This document shows, in pieces, positions 62,492-64,000 of a stretch of 64,000 nt of DNA. Within the stretch, counting starts at the first letter, position 1, and each line of letters opens with the position of its first letter. The position numbers were made by a program, and so were the translations under genes. The DNA comes from Tricharina praecox (taxonomy: Eukaryota): positions 372,001 through 436,000 of the forward strand of contig NW_026250405.1 in the NCBI RefSeq assembly GCF_024521635.1, written 5' to 3'. A model generated the notes under the pieces. That model did not search any database and was not told the origin of the DNA. It worked only from the letters and a program-made list of their open reading frames with translations.

Positions 62492-63992
62492 CTATCTGAC
62501 ACCTGTCCCGCCAAGCTCGAAAACCTTTTGCAGCGCCGTCTGGAATATCTGCACGTTGTAATCGACCAGTCCCTGCTTTTCGATGCCCTCCTTGCGCATG
62601 AGACAGATCAATGCGAGGAATCTGTGTAACGGCGATCAGTAACACGCACCAACAAACGCATGAGAGAACATACTTGTTGATTTCCCGCAGGTACAAGACC
62701 ATTCCGTTCTGCAGTCTGATCACACTGCTGACTTCGGGAATTTGCTCTTCCGTCTCGTCTAGGACCCTGCCGGGCGAGACCGGCGGCGATATTTGGCCAT
62801 GTCCGTCATGGCCCGTCTTGCGGTCGTAACTGCATGCACTGCTGATCAGGAACCTGGGCATTTCTAGAACGCAAGACCACGTACCCATAAATTTCCGAGA
62901 CGTCAACTATGACGTCGATGAAATCGCTGCATATCTCATAGCTCTGCACGTCGACTGGGCTAGAATCCGTAGCGATGTAGATCTTGCTGAGAACATCGAA
63001 AAGGAACGCCTTCTCGATGCCCGAGTTACTGCACAGGACGTTGAGCAAGTTCTCAAGTGTGCCCAATTGCGGCAGGAGCTTCTGGATGACTTTCGAAAAC
63101 GCTTCGAATATGCTGTGGTCGTAGATGCTGGTGAGGTGGTACGAGATCTGGACGTTATCGTAACCACCATCCTCTAGCTCGTCTTGGGTCCTCTGCATGA
63201 TATCCCGTTGCGTGTCCAGTTTGTATTCGTCCGACAAGCCGTCAACCTTGTGGATGAACACCTCGATGTTGACCATAGGATATGACCTCTGTAGCGCAAT
63301 AATGGTGGAATGCAAACGGGATAGAGGGTCCAGAATCTCATCCTGCGCATCAATGACCCAGATTAAAGCTCCAAGCTCGCCAAAGATGTTGTCGAAGTCG
63401 AACGTGTCGTCCAGAGGGTTAAGCTGGCCGGGGAAGTCCCATACTTGAAAATCCATGAACGAGCTGTGGACATATCTGTCAGCGCATGGACGGGGGTGGA
63501 TTTCGAGGCTCTCGGGGACGAACCTGATAGGGTCCTTCTGAATGCGGGTAGTGGACTCCAAAAACAGCGTTTCTGTAGGCGGCATCTTGTGGAATACCAC
63601 AGAGCTGATCGAAGACTTGCCACTCCTATGTGCAGAAAGTTAGTATCAGCGCTTTCGAGAAAGAGTGCACCTGCGAAGCCATACCTTCTCTGACCCATCA
63701 ACAGAAGCCTGGGCTTCCTATTCGTCCCTGATGGAGGAATACCTCCTGCATACGGTCCCGTGCTAGAGGTTGGACTCTGCATTCTCTTGCGACGTCTGGC
63801 AAATTCTGCTGTATCAATGTATCGGGCCTCGACACTGGAAGCTGGTGAGAGTTCCTGTTCGTCCGGTTCCTGTAGGAATCGTTCTAGTGAGTAAGAGCTT
63901 CTTCTCTCAAACTTGGGATGTGACGGCGGCCGTGCGGTCGCCGACGAATCCCCATCAGTGTCATCGATGAATCTCGTGTTTTTCCATGACAT
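62492..63992 (-). CDS. GTR2: Rag GTPase RagC/D (Gtr2), multi-exon (start 63992 or 63782)
   Basis: [95 protein letters not shown]. Confidence 0.95.
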
Positions 63993-64000
63993 GCTTGGAA

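Overview
Eukaryotic, intron-containing DNA from a filamentous ascomycete (GT..AG introns of about 50-100 nt with CTRAY branch sites; Pezizomycotina-like gene content; species not determinable by eye). Recognisable genes are a secreted tyrosinase (6.2-7.5 kb), a Pth11/fungal rhodopsin-domain membrane protein (12.0-13.5 kb), an M28/PA aminopeptidase Y (22.2-23.9 kb), a C2H2 transcription factor (41.7-42.9 kb), an IFI27-like small membrane protein (46.9-47.4 kb), a DUF2235 alpha/beta hydrolase (52.6-55.3 kb), a PrpF-family isomerase (58.5-59.7 kb) and the Rag GTPase Gtr2 (62.5-64.0 kb). About ten orphan genes lie between them. The most unusual signal is a non-coding, multi-copy, hairpin-dense module of about 550 bp ('H module'; copies at 0.55, 14.2, 15.8 and 25.3 kb). 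Its stems show compensatory base changes between copies, and it is fused to two interchangeable TATA/pyrimidine-tract promoter modules, one of which is reused at 40.3 kb in front of a different sequence. This may be an undescribed structured lncRNA or non-autonomous mobile element family. Other highlights are a divergent Atg8/Atg12-like ORF with an EVFG|R motif, a 16-bp (non-triplet) VNTR inside a zinc-finger gene, a GTG start codon, and MITE/foldback elements. All calls were made by eye; no database searches or folding calculations were run.
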